Of a stretch of DNA of 64,000 nucleotides, positions 9,393 to 20,885 are shown in pieces (the first letter of the stretch is position 1; the number at the start of each line of letters is the position of its first letter). Under the pieces are notes generated by a model, which saw only the letters and a program-made list of their open reading frames with translations, did no database searches and was not told the DNA's origin. The DNA is from Klebsormidium nitens (lineage: Eukaryota; Plantae; Klebsormidiophyceae), in contig DF237253.1 in NCBI GenBank assembly GCA_000708835.1, positions 1 to 64,000 on the forward strand, written 5' to 3'. The position numbers and the translations under genes are program-made.

Positions 9393-10426
9393 CAAGACAG
9401 TCTTGAAAACTGTGTACAGCTCAAACGGCTCACCGCATCTGAAAGGAGAGGTAGCGCGGGCACCAGCGCTTCCGAGGACGAGATTGCTGGACTTGAGTTG
9501 TCTTTCAGACCTTCAGAAAGGAAGTCGACTTTCAGGCGCTTGGCGTGGCGTCGAAAGGGGCCGGGTGATAGCGACATTTCGCCGACCTCTTGGCTAAGAT
9601 GCATCATGCTGTCAGCCTCGTCTTGGGGGAAGTGACGCGGCGAGTCTTCCTGGTCGCTGCCGACTGAGGATCTTTCGTCGCCCTCTCGTTCACTGGATCT
9701 GGGTGCCGGTCCAGACAACATCTGATCACAAACGTGAAGGATAGCAGCTTTCAGAAGGTGCAATTATGTTTCCACAACAAGCAGCTTGGGGGTTCTCACG
9801 AGAAGTCAAAGTCTGCACCCTCCATTGAGCGCAGCGCTCACAGCGTTTCTAGCTGTCCTTAACAAGAAATCCTTGATAACGAGCCAGTTTGCTCAAGGAT
9901 CTGCCGCGCATCTGCTGAGCATAAGGAATAGATGCCTGTCCACTGGTCCTGGTCTGGTTGGAGCTGAGTCTAAGTATTCTCCCAACGATCAGCCATCTGG
10001 ATCTGCACCCTCCAAGAAGCGCCCCGCTCACCTTGTATGAGCTTTCTGGCCCTCTGAGCAACTTCTGCGTTCTAAAACCCTTGACGGAGAACAGGCCACG
10101 AACAGGCGATCAACTGAAGCATCTGCCGGCGCTGCGCAGGCTGGAGAGATATGCGCTGTGCCAGCAGCTTGATGGAGAGGCAGTCAGCTCAAGATGATCT
10201 GCCGGTGCTGCGCAGCTTTGGAGAGGTGCGCTGTGCCCTGCTGGCACGGCACTTCAATCAGCAGCTGTCCGAAATGAGACCATGGTGTAGAGCAGCTGGT
10301 GTTGGCAGAGGAAAAAGAGGGAAGAGGATGCTTGCAAGAAGGTTGAGGAGAAGCTAAGAAAGAAAGCGTTGGGGAACTGTTTGTATATATGGAGGGGGGC
10401 AAGTCCCCTTTTTATAGATTGCCTGA

Positions 10427-10470
10427 GCATATTGCCTGGCATATTGCATATTGCATATTGCATATTGCCT
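10427..10470. repeat. (ATATTGC)n short tandem repeat
   Basis: Four perfect copies at 10441-10468 plus a flanking partial copy. Confidence 0.85.
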
Positions 10471-10704
10471 GGCCGAAAATTTGCGATTCGAGGCGGACAA
10501 GCTGGACATCAACAGTATCAGGCTCAGCTCAGACAGCAGCTGAGACTGTGGTGGTTGTTGCAGTTACACGATTCCGACAGTGCCGTTTCCGGAGCCGAGC
10601 TCTCTCTCTAAAGAGAAACCTGACTCAGACGTTTGAGCGAGCTCCAGCTGGCAGCTTAGGCGGTTGAGCGAATCCAAATTGCCGGTGATCCGCTCTCTCT
10701 GAAT

Positions 10705-11570
10705 GGAAAAATCTGACTCAAACACTTGAGCGAGCTCCACCTGGAAGCTCGCTGAGGCGGTTGAGCGATTCCGAAGTGCCTCAGCTCAGCCGGTTGACCG
10801 TTTCCGAAGTGCCTCAGCTCAGGCGGTTGAGCGATTCCGAAGGGGCCGAGCCTCCTCTGAACGTCTCAGGCTTAGGGTTAGGGTTCGCAATGAAGCAATC
10901 CAGAGTCAGTCCGGTGGCATGATACGTACGGTTGGAATGTCAGAAAGCCAATCGCGGTCAAAACCACGTCAAAAAACCCAAGTTATTTTCCACAAAACCG
11001 TTTCATCGGAAACGCGGTTTACCGATTGAACTTTTTCAACCACCGCCACTGGTCGTTCCGGCCGATCGCGGGGCCATGCGGGAGGGGGGACACGTGCCCT
11101 GCGGTGATGAGCGTTTTTGCCACCGATCAGTTGGCATAAAAAGGCAACTGAGATCAAAATCTGACTAAAGACACTTGAGCGAGCTCCAGCTCAGCTCAGG
11201 CAGTTGAGCGATTCCGAAGTGACGGTTCCGGGGCCGAGCCCCTCTCTGAAACCTCTTAGGCGTAGGGTTAGGGTTCGCAATGGAGCAGTCAGGTCGGTGG
11301 CATGGTACGTACAGTTGGAATGTCAGAAAGCCGATCGCGTTCAAAACCGCGTCAAGAAGCCGACTAACCAAGTGATTGTTTGTCTGTTGGTGCCCCCCAA
11401 GAAACCCAGGATCTTTCCACAAAACCGTTTCACCGGAAAAGCGGTTTACCGAGCGAACTTTCTCGACCACCCCGCTGGTCATTCCGGCCGATCGCGGGGC
11501 TGTGCGTGAGGGGGGACACGTGGCGCCCTGAGATTGGCGCTTTTTATGCCAACGCTCGGTTGGGGACATG
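10705..11570. repeat. ~440-bp imperfect tandem duplication, each copy containing TAGGGTTAGGG and GAGCGATTCCGAAGTG sub-repeats
   Basis: ~10705-11145 aligns by eye with ~11155-11570 (shared AATCTGACT, CACTTGAGCGAGCTCCA, GTTGGAATGTCAGAAAGCC, TTCCACAAAACCGTTTCA, TTCCGGCCGATCGCGGGG). Confidence 0.8.
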
Positions 11571-11859
11571 CGCTTGGTCCCTTTGATGGCGCGCGGCATG
11601 GCGGCCAACGATTCGCACAACCATCCTATACTCTTGAAGCTTTGAAACCAACGCAGATTTTCAACGCTGAGATGTTCTTGCCAATGAACTATATGTGAAA
11701 AGCGCATGCATGATATAGCAGCTGACAATTTGCCAGTCCATATTGACGTCTTTATTTCCATCTCTTGCAACATTGCACGCGTTGTCAACCTGCACCGACA
11801 AGCTATAATTTCAAGCCAGTACGTGCAGACTCATGGTTTCACTCCCACTGTTAGATCAG

Positions 11860-12030
11860 TGCGCGAGAAATTGTCGGGCATGGGGCCAACAGTCTGCACC
11901 ACCATATGCTGCACAAAAACGCTCTTAAGCAATGCAAATTGACGGCGCTTTGTCCCATCTCTTACGTTATCATGCGGAAAGTGTGCGGCATGGGACCGTC
12001 AATTTGCACCGTCAATATGCACCCTGATGC
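11860..12030. repeat. Degenerate ~110-bp satellite, left part
   Basis: GAAA(G)TGT..GGCATGGG(A/G)CC recurs at ~11865 and ~11977, with CCGTCAATTTGCAC and TCCCATCTCTTAC sub-motifs. Confidence 0.6.
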
Positions 12031-12099
12031 TATAGTTTTTTTTAAAATGTTTTAACGTCGGTTCGGAGCCGTGGTCGGCTTAGTCGACGATCAATCTAC

Positions 12100-15000
12100 T
12101 CAAGCCTGCACTAAGCTTGATCTTATTGCAAAGCTTAAGTGCAGAAACTTCCCTACCATATACTTATCTTGCAAATTGAGGAACGAACTTAACTTCTGTT
12201 CTCCTCTATCCTCAAAGATGGAACGGAAAGAACTCCTAACACTATTGTATGCTGGGCACTCAAATACAAAATGACTTTCGTCCTCTACCGCGCCTGTTGC
12301 ACATATCGTACAAAACCTTTCGGTCCGCGGCTTTCTTTGCCAAGCTCCCGTTTCAATAGCCAACTTATGAGCCCCTACCCTAAAGCTGGCAAGCGTGGAT
12401 AGAAACGGAGCATGCTCAATCTGGTCAAGTAGGTCTCAAATGTGTATCCCTGCTTCACATCACTAAAGTACGTGCAATACTTACGCCCATGCTCTTCCCT
12501 CAGATCTTGCATGTACGCAAACTCGGACAATGTTCTAAGCGACCTGACGTCAAACTTCCCAGCAAAGCTTCCATCACAAACTAGTTCTTGGGCCTTTTCG
12601 ACAATATCAGCAAACCACCCTTTCTCACCAGCGGCCCACATGACCTTGGACTCCTCCAGCGCTAGCCGCGCCAGTCTGTCTTCCGAAAGGCCTAAAGTCC
12701 GGTTGACGAACTTGAAGATTTGCTCCCCGGGCCCACCTGCGAACGACCACAGGGAAACGGCCGAATTCGCCGAGAACAGCCTTCGAAAGAGTCGTCCTCT
12801 TGACCCTCAGGAGCCCCCGTAAGAACGCCCTATGGACTTTCTCTGCAGAATCACCGTCCCCATTCCACCCCCACTCTGGGCCGTACCCCGGACCCCACAC
12901 TTCCGCCCCGTACTCAAGGATCGGTTCCACTAATACGTCGAACAACCGAACTCGAGTGCTCAGCTTTCTCACCCCCAGCTCCGTACACCTCCGTTCTAGA
13001 GCAAAGGCTGCCTTTCGCCCGGCCGCCGCCAAAGCCTGAGCCCCCTCCCGAAAGCTCCCGTTACAATGGAATTGCACTCCCAGATACCGATAACTCGGCA
13101 CTATTGCGACGCGCTCCCCCGCATACCGAAACTCGTTCTTCTCTTTCTGAACAGCGACTTGACCTCCGAAAACTACAACCTCCGTCTTTTGAAGATTAAC
13201 CAGAAGCCCACTCCTTTCGCTGAAACCCTGCAATAGGTCCAGCTTCCTTTGCAGACCCGCAGCGCTCGTTGACAGCAGAACGACATCGTCTGCAAAGGCA
13301 AGGAACGGGACTTCGACGCCCTGCAGTGTTGGACTGTCCGCTGCCCTGCACATCACGGCCTCTAACCCGTCTATATACAATCCAAACAGCAAAGGACTTA
13401 GCGGACACCCCTGTTTCACCCTGCGGTTGCTCTCGAAAGTTTCAGCGGAAGTCCACCTGTCTCCCCTCATGCGGCAGCGCACGTTAGCATACATGCTCTG
13501 CACGCTCCGAAGCATCCGCCCCTTGACCCCAAGCTCCTCTAGGCGCTTCCACAACTTTTCACGTGGAACCATATCGAACGCTTTCTTGAAGTCGACAAAG
13601 CAGGCGAAAAGGTGCCGGCTCCTACCTCGCGCCCAACGCTCGATCAGAACCCGAAGCGCCAGCATGTGGTCCGCCCCCCGGAACCCCTTTCGGAACCCCG
13701 CTTGTCCCCGCGCTCGGACCAGCCCCTTTTCCGCCCACTCGCTTAGCCTCCTGTTTAACACACTGGCGTACAACTTGCCTAAGACAGGCCCCACCGTCAC
13801 CGTCCTATAGTTTCCGTAGTCTGTTGGGTCACCCTTTTTGAAGATTGCCACAAGAGCCCCCTCATTCCAACTTTCCGGAAACACCCCCTCTTCCAACACC
13901 CGGTTGAAGACTCCCGTCAGTGCCTTGAGAAGGTGTTCCTCCCCCGCTTTCAAGAGCTCAGCCGTAAAGCCCCCCAAGTCTGGACTCTTCCCGTTCTTCA
14001 GAGCTCTTAGCGCCACTTTCACTTCGCCCTCCGTGATTGCTGCTTCCAAGCTGTCTGGCCTTACAAGACTTTGCCGCTCTCGCTCCTGCTCCGGCTCCGG
14101 CTGAACTTTGGACCCAGAAAGGAACGATCCCGACTGCTCATACAGAGACTTGCAGTGTTTTAGCAGCCCAGCTTCATGCTCTGGCCCTAAACCTTTTGCT
14201 TTTCTCCTGAACCGCTTCCAAAAGGTTGCGGGACTGTTCTGCATCTGATCCTCCAGCTTGGCCGCTCTGTATTTGTCGAATGTCCGTTTCTTTCGCCTAA
14301 CCAGTCTCCTGTACTCTTTTTTAAGCTGGCTACTTAAGTGAGACGGGCCATCCGTCTTCAGGGCTGCTAAAAATTGCTTGCGAGCATCCTTACAGTTTCC
14401 ATCAAACCAAAAAGTGCTACGGTTTACAAACTGCTTTCTTGATGCTGCCGAAGGGAAAGCGCACTGACCAGCACTTCTAACGGCTTCTTCTAGAACATCA
14501 GCTGCTTCTCCAGACCCCATCGCCTTCAAGTTCTTGGTCAGGAATTGCAACTCGACTGACTGAGCTAGCATTGCATTGAAGACAGGGATCCCCTCAGACC
14601 TTACCCTTGGCACTGGAATCTGATCAGCCTTTGGGACCTCTATAGCAGGCATCTTCTCGGGGAAGTGCTGCGCACCCACCCTCAAGGATAGCGTCACCAC
14701 CCTATGATCTGAGTCAGGCACTTCATCTGAGACAACTAAAGTGTCCGCTCGCTTGGCTAAAGAAGCGGAAGTAACAAAGACGTCAACCAAGCTGCTTCCG
14801 CCCCCAGCCGGGAAGCATGTGCCCCTGCCTGCTTCGTCGCCTCTAACTCTGCCATTGAGAATCCTGCAGTCCGCTGACTTGCAAAACTCAAGTAGCAACT
14901 TCCCTGCACCGTTGACCACTTTGTCGCTAGACGCTCTTGGCGCGATGAACTCTGGCTCCCCCCAGCTCTCTGCGTCAGGAACGTCAGCAAGGAACTCAAT

Positions 15001-15531
15001 GTCCCTTGTGTCCAGCCAGTCACACAAGGAGCTAGTACGCGCGTTCAAATCTCCAGCTAGCACAACTTCCCCAACAGACATTGCTGCCGCTGCTTCCTGG
15101 GTCAATTGCTCAAAAATTGCTTCTAAGGAGGTTCCAGCTTGTTTATACCAAGTTGAGGTCTCTGGAGGCAGATAAGCCAGACACAAGAAAAGATCCTGCC
15201 CTGCTGAGCCTAGGCTTGGGAATCTAAGCCACATGTGGCTTTCTGAGCCTGCCCTCCATTGTGACACGCCTAAGCTTGCTAATTCCTTTGACATCCAGAT
15301 GGCTAATCCACCCGCACCGCGCCAAGCAGCTTGATGTTTAAAACTACGCGGCTGCTCAAAAGAAAAGAATCCTTCCAAACATTCTAGCGTCTCTTCGGGC
15401 TTGGCCCAAGTTTCCGTGAGCAGAACAATGTCCACTCCAGAACCAACAAAATCTGTTATTGATTCCCACTTTTCATGCCTCCATCCCTGACAATTCCATA
15501 ATGCAAAGGTCAAATTAACCCTTCTGTTCAC
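12100..15531 (-). CDS. LINE ORF2: APE endonuclease + reverse transcriptase + C-terminal CCHC; two 1-nt frameshifts (~12728 and ~12403)
   Basis: APE motifs WNCQG, LTETW, GDLNAR and SDH; RT motifs GQAGFR, FVDFKKAFD, QGCPLSP, FADD and YLG; CTICATGAVEDESHFVFEC in the last frame. Shifting frame restores WAREQIFKFVNR and LASFRVGAHKLAIETG. Confidence 0.92.
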
Positions 15532-15561
15532 ACTACCCCTCCCACCACGGCCCCCGTGCCC

Positions 15562-16338
15562 CTAGCATTTTGTTGAGGTGGGAGCAACCTGACTGGCTGC
15601 CACCACCAAAGAGCCATTGATGAACAACCTTCCTCCAACAATGCGCGCATGCTTCTTTTCTGCTCTAGCCTCCTTCATAAGCTTGACTTGATGGAAGTGC
15701 TCTGCCAGCTGCCTTGGCGTCCGATCCTCATCCACTCCCACAGCCAGTCCCTTCAGGGTGGGTTTTGCCACCAAGATCTGCCGCCGACCTTGCTCTGAAA
15801 CAGTTTTCACCAGGATCGCTCGTGGGCGCTCACCCTGCTTTTTCTGCCCGATCCTAGTGGCTGACTCAACCAGATTCGCAGCATTCTTTACCCTCATGCG
15901 ATCACTGAACAAAGCCACAATCTTGTCTTTGATGCTAGAAGGGTTTTCGTCAGCAGACTCTTCCAACCCTGTTACACGAATGGAGCAAGCCCTCGCCTTC
16001 CTCTCCACGGTCTCCCAGACCTGTTCATCCACCACTTTGGACACGGTTCGCTTGACTTCCTCGGCTACATTGGCAGCCTTCAGTGCAGTCTCCTCACTTG
16101 GAAACACCTTTTTCTTCACCATGCTTCCGAAGTCCTCCACTGACTTGCCTAGAGAAGCGGCATCTTTTCGCAACCTCCCTATCGCCTCATTGGCTTCATT
16201 CAATTGCAGTTTCAGCGCCGCAATCTCATCTTGCTGCGAGTCAAGCCGTTTTTCAAACCCCAAGCGCATCTCCACCAAGGCTGTCTCAAGGCTTTCTAAG
16301 GTGGTCACTTTCCCGGCAGCCATGGCTGCATAGGACAT
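15562..16338 (-). CDS. LINE ORF1 (coiled coil + RRM-like nucleic-acid-binding protein)
   Basis: 258-aa ATG ORF: coiled-coil N-half, then SIRVTGLEE...RIG...RPRAILVK...VDEDRT, typical of L1-type ORF1. Confidence 0.85.
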   Translation of the reverse strand: MSYAAMAAGKVTTLESLETALVEMRLGFEKRLDSQQDEIAALKLQLNEANEAIGRLRKDAASLGKSVEDFGSMVKKKVFPSEETALKAANVAEEVKRTVSKVVDEQVWETVERKARACSIRVTGLEESADENPSSIKDKIVALFSDRMRVKNAANLVESATRIGQKKQGERPRAILVKTVSEQGRRQILVAKPTLKGLAVGVDEDRTPRQLAEHFHQVKLMKEARAEKKHARIVGGRLFINGSLVVAASQVAPTSTKC

Positions 16339-16469
16339 CCTGTCAGCCTTCTGGATGCGCCCCTACCGGCATGAGTGTGCCACAAGTGAAATATATGAAG
16401 GAGCTTTCAAGCAATGAAGATTGACGACTTCACACAATCCTTACAACATCGCTCGAAAAAATCTGACGT

Positions 16470-17035
16470 CCCCAAGAAAGTATCGGGTTGGCATGGGAGC
16501 TGACAAATTGCATCTCTGCACTATGCGGTGAAGCTTTTACAAAGGTGCAGAGCGACGTCGTTGGTCCATCTCAAACAACCTTGCTTGAGAAAGTGTTTGG
16601 CATGAGGGTTGATGGTTTGCAACACCTTGCTCTACAAAAAGCCTCCAATATGATGCGGTTTGAACTTTGTTACAGTGTCGCTCGGAAAAGTATTCAGCAT
16701 TGGCCCGTCAATCTGCACTACCTTAAAAGCTTCCTTGTATCGCTCGACGGTGCAGATTGACGGCTCCGCAACATGGACTGCAGCATTGCTCGGAAAAGCG
16801 GCGGCATAGCCGGCCGTCAATTTTGCACTCAAGCTTCACTAAGAGCTTCAGAGCCAATGCAGATTGAACGCTTTTGTCCATCTTGCGCAAATAAGTGTCC
16901 AGCACGAGGCACCACCTCGATTTGCACCACCGTGCTACACAAAACAGCGTTCAAACCAGTGCACATCTCCACCTTCGTCCCATCTCTTACAACAATACTC
17001 AAGAAAGTGTTTGGCATGGGCCCAGGTGCACCCCG
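16470..17035. repeat. Degenerate ~100-113-bp satellite, right part (5-6 units)
   Basis: GAAAGT..TTGGCATG-like anchors at ~16476, 16589, 16685, 16792 and 17003; shares CCGTCAATTTTGCAC and TCCCATCTCTTAC with 11860-12030. Confidence 0.6.
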
Positions 17036-17114
17036 TTATTGCTCTGAGTATTGGTTCGAGTCATACTTGACTCGAAACTCAAGTCGCTGCGACCAGAAGC
17101 AAAGAGAAGGCCCC

Positions 17115-20100
17115 CTAGATGATGTAGCTCGGACGCGAGCGGACTTCTGCTGCCCTCGCCACACCCTGCTCGAGGTTAGACAAGTACTCCATCATTACTT
17201 CAAAAGGTGGCAGGTTGAACAGGGGCTGCTCCCGGCGTACCTCTCTGTATGTGCATTCTCGAAGATCGCTGACTACAGGACCGTGGCTCTGAGGGGAATC
17301 GAGCGGGTTCCGGGAGGGGGATGATGGTTGGGGGGCAGGGAATCTTGGAGGGCGGTTGTCGAGCGCCGCGAGGAGTTCTGTCACTGCAGCCGGAGGAAGA
17401 AGATCTTAATTTGAAACTCACAACACGAGGGACGAGAGCTAAGCAGCCAGTTCCTCTTATTGAACATCTCAACTCTGACCGACTTCCAGGACTTTTCAAA
17501 ACCCAAAGGGGGGGGGATCTAAGAGCACTATCCTTCTGTCGTGAATGCAGGGACGCAAGTCCCATAAAAACGCTTCACTCACATGTTTGCGGCATACCAC
17601 TACCAAAATCAGGACGTAAACCATTACTTGGATTGAATCTAGTGAACAAGATAGTATCGACAGAGACAATCTACATGTCTTCCAGTGTTCATAAAAGACA
17701 TATGGAAAGAAGCCAGCACCTGTCTTGGTTGACAAAACCCTTCCGAGCACCACAGCAGCAAACGAGAAGCTCGAGATAGACTTCGTTTGAGATGACATTA
17801 TGATAATAACTTGCCTTTCTTTCTTCGAACAACCTCTGCCTGGCTGCACACCTTCCCGAAATACTGGAACGCCGCGGCCTGGTTGCTGAATACGACTTCC
17901 TGCACGAAACCCCCCCCCTCTTCCTGGACGCCGTGGAAGACATGCGAGTCCCCCACCAGGTTGGTCAACAGGACCGGAAACCCGACCCCACTGCGGCCTG
18001 AAAGCAGCGTACATCCCACAAATTGCCCAAGCGCTTGGCCACGGAACGCATCATGGAATTCCCTCCAGGCTCTCTCGGTCTTGGTGTCCACAATCCCAGC
18101 GATCTACAAAAGGACAGGAAGAGCACAGCAAGGGTGAGCAGGTTGCAGAATCTCATGAACTTTGACAGGTCTCATTAGAATCGTTCATCAGACAAGTGCT
18201 TTTTACGTTCCTGCGTTTGAAAACGGAGAAGGCTATGCGTTATCACTAGGATTTGAAGATGGGAAGAAAAGAGAATCTCAGAACAACCAGATACACAAAC
18301 CCCAGAGTGTGCCGCTATCCGTAATCTGTCACGGGCCTCACCTGTGCAAGGTACGGGCCTCACCTGTGCAAGGTAATTCCGTGGATGCAGCTTTGCCAGC
18401 TCAGCAAACTCGGTCATGACCACCGCAAGATCGGTTTTAGTATCCCTCAGCTTCATCCTCTTTGTGGGGGTGGCATCTGATCGGCTGAAGATTTGCCTCT
18501 GGCCTATGTCCACGACGGTGAAGCCTCCCATGTGAGCAGCGAGGGCAGCCCGCACATACTCCTCCGCTCTGATCATGTTTGAGGTGTCGTCCTCTCGAGC
18601 GTCTGCCAGAACAAGAAAGGAGGAGACGGAAACTCTTAATTCTCCAATGAGCATCAGAACAACTGCCTAACAACTGATGAATACATCAATGGCAGTGTTT
18701 GCAGGGAGGAGCCTCCATCCCCAAATTCCTCTGGTTTGGCCCGACATGCAACTCGGAGTGGCCTCTTTGAAAGATCAAGCAGATCAGGAGCTCAGGCCAA
18801 CATACCTACTTAATGTTTACTGAACTTAAAAAACATGGAAAGAAGCAGAAGCTGCTTGCCTTTCCGCTCAAACCTTGCGCCGCTGTCTGCATCTGCAATG
18901 CCTGTGTCGTCTGCTACACCGATGATCGTCTCCAATTTCTCAAACCCCATCCGGACGAGGGCCTCTCTTGCATCCGATAAGTCCATCTTGGAGCCGCCAA
19001 CCGATATCTCGTCCGCAAAAGCCAGAGACGTCTCCTTCTGTATGGCGCGTCGTAGAAATGCTACAAAGAAACATGCAGTATTCTCACCAAAATGCCAGTC
19101 TCTAATTCTTCACCTGACAGGACCTTGAAGGGTGGTTCCTCAAAGCATGCAGCTGGTATATCATACACAGCTGGTCCATTACACCAAGCAGTAAGTCATT
19201 TCTGTTGCAACGGGAACCTTCTCCAATCTTGCAGTGATGTGTCTGCAAAAGCTGAAACCAGTGTGTTTTTCAACCCTCACCTAGAAGTTCTTCTGGAAGC
19301 TGCAGTTGCGGTGCAGGCTGAGGTGCATCTGCAACAAGAGGAAGAAGATTTGGATTTTCTATGAGCTGTGGAATCCTCTGGATAAGATTTCATTCAATGG
19401 CTAGATACATACGGCGATCAAAGCTCTTCGTGGGCGAACTACAGATTGCGAATTCCCGTGGATTATTTTTACTGCTTTCAACCCAGAGGATGCAACAGTT
19501 GACTTCCTGAGGTTTAACTTCCTCATAGTACGCTTGAGCATCCTCTTGCCCCAAGTAGAGGCTGCCTTGGGTGCAACGACCAGACATCTTCCGTACCACC
19601 CAGCTCAGGGAGGAGATGAGGGCATTCTGGGCAGACAGGTAAATCAACACAGGAAGGTAAAGGGACATACTCCAGAAACAGGCACCAACGCACTGGAGGG
19701 ATGATGTGAATTACTGCATCAACCGTGAACCCCGGCACTCTGCCAGATTGCAAGCATGCATGATTGCTATTGCATAGGTGTTGAGTTTGTGAGAGCTTCC
19801 TTCCCAAAGCAAACCTGTCAGGCTAAGAAGCAGAGGCACTTGCAAAAACCCTGCCCTCACCCTTCAAATTGAAGCAACGCTTTGCCTGACGAATGGCACA
19901 ACCTTAGAAGCAGAGGGAGCTACTCCAAACAGGCACCGGAGTGGTGTGCCGTGGATCACCACAACCACCATGTGCAGCAACAAAGACTTCCAGAGAAGAG
20001 ATACAATAGCAACATGGGGGGAACGGTGCAGGAAAGCATGTGACTCACCAGTTCCTGTGGTGCTCGGACTAGCAGCCGCTGCACAAGGCCAAAAGTTTTT

Positions 20101-20885
20101 CGGCACGATTAAAGCAAAGTTCGCTGACAAGCAGGCTGCAGAGGTTCAGACGACCAGCAACAATGACATGCTAAAGCGAGCTCTAAGTGCTGCGTACTCA
20201 GGAGACAAAATCAGGCGAAATTCCAGCACCGCATCTCTGTAAGAAGCACGGTTGCATCGACTTCTTTGACTCACAGAAAATGCAAGCATTCTAGAATTAA
20301 TGTCTCCAGCAAGCAGAGGCTGCCTTGAATGCAGCAAGCAGGCAAGACCCTCCGGCTCAGGGATCATGTGAACTCATTCAGGCCTGACAGGTGAAACAAC
20401 CCGGGAAGCAGAGGGAGATGCCTCAGGCAGGCACCAACGCACTGGTGAGGTGGTGTTAATCACTGCGTCCACCATAAACCAGAGAGCTCTGGCACTCTGC
20501 CTAAACGCAAGCATGCACGAAAGCTAATGCACAGGTCTGACTTTTGTGGGGACCTCTCTGATTCTAACTCTAAGAAACAACAAGTATTCTTCATCGGATA
20601 GAGAGGGTGAGGATTTCACCGACAATGATTCTGAAGTAACAGAAGCGGATGCCCCCTGCATCAGGAAGCAGGAAACTAACCAGCAGTCTGTAAGCGAGCC
20701 TCCTTCTCGAGCAGCAAGTTTTTCTCCTGCTGCAGAGCAGTCAATTGCTGCAACCACAGGCGCACAGCCTCCCCATCGCCAGCTTTCTGCGCATCCTTCA
20801 GTTGTCCCTTCGCTTCTTTAATTTCATCCGAAAGAGCCGCAATGCTTGCGACAACCTTTTCTCTTTCCGCCTCCACAGACGTCAT
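17115..20885 (-). CDS. Multi-exon gene (possibly degenerate): N-terminal coiled coil, internal repeats and a Crinkler-like restriction-endonuclease-fold region; exon structure unresolved
   Basis: ATG at 20885 (MTSVEAEREK... coiled coil). Coding-like segments KTDLAVV and FRGQALGQFVG...FPVLLTNLVGDSHVF resemble the 'QA.GQL...PV.LLTDL' pattern of Crinkler REase domains. Confidence 0.4.

Larger units (their letters stand above)
12036..16430 (-). mobile_element. Near full-length non-LTR retrotransposon (LINE; L1/RTEX-like two-ORF organisation)
   Basis: ORF1 and ORF2 on the minus strand; short 3' UTR ending in an A-rich tail (T-run at 12036-12043 on +). The 5' boundary is approximate and no TSD was identified. 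Confidence 0.9.

Noticed and set aside
3-9400. Calling the module a Polinton/Maverick, Helitron or complete virus
   Set aside because: No pPolB, retroviral-type integrase, HUH Rep, capsid or packaging ATPase motifs were recognised in the window.
9263-10400. ORFs 9263-9763 (-) and 9786-10357 (+) as genes
   Set aside because: No recognisable motifs, they overlap repeats, and I could not build a consistent exon chain; left unannotated.
13196-16424. Plus-strand ORFs overlapping the LINE
   Set aside because: Antisense shadows of ORF1 and ORF2.
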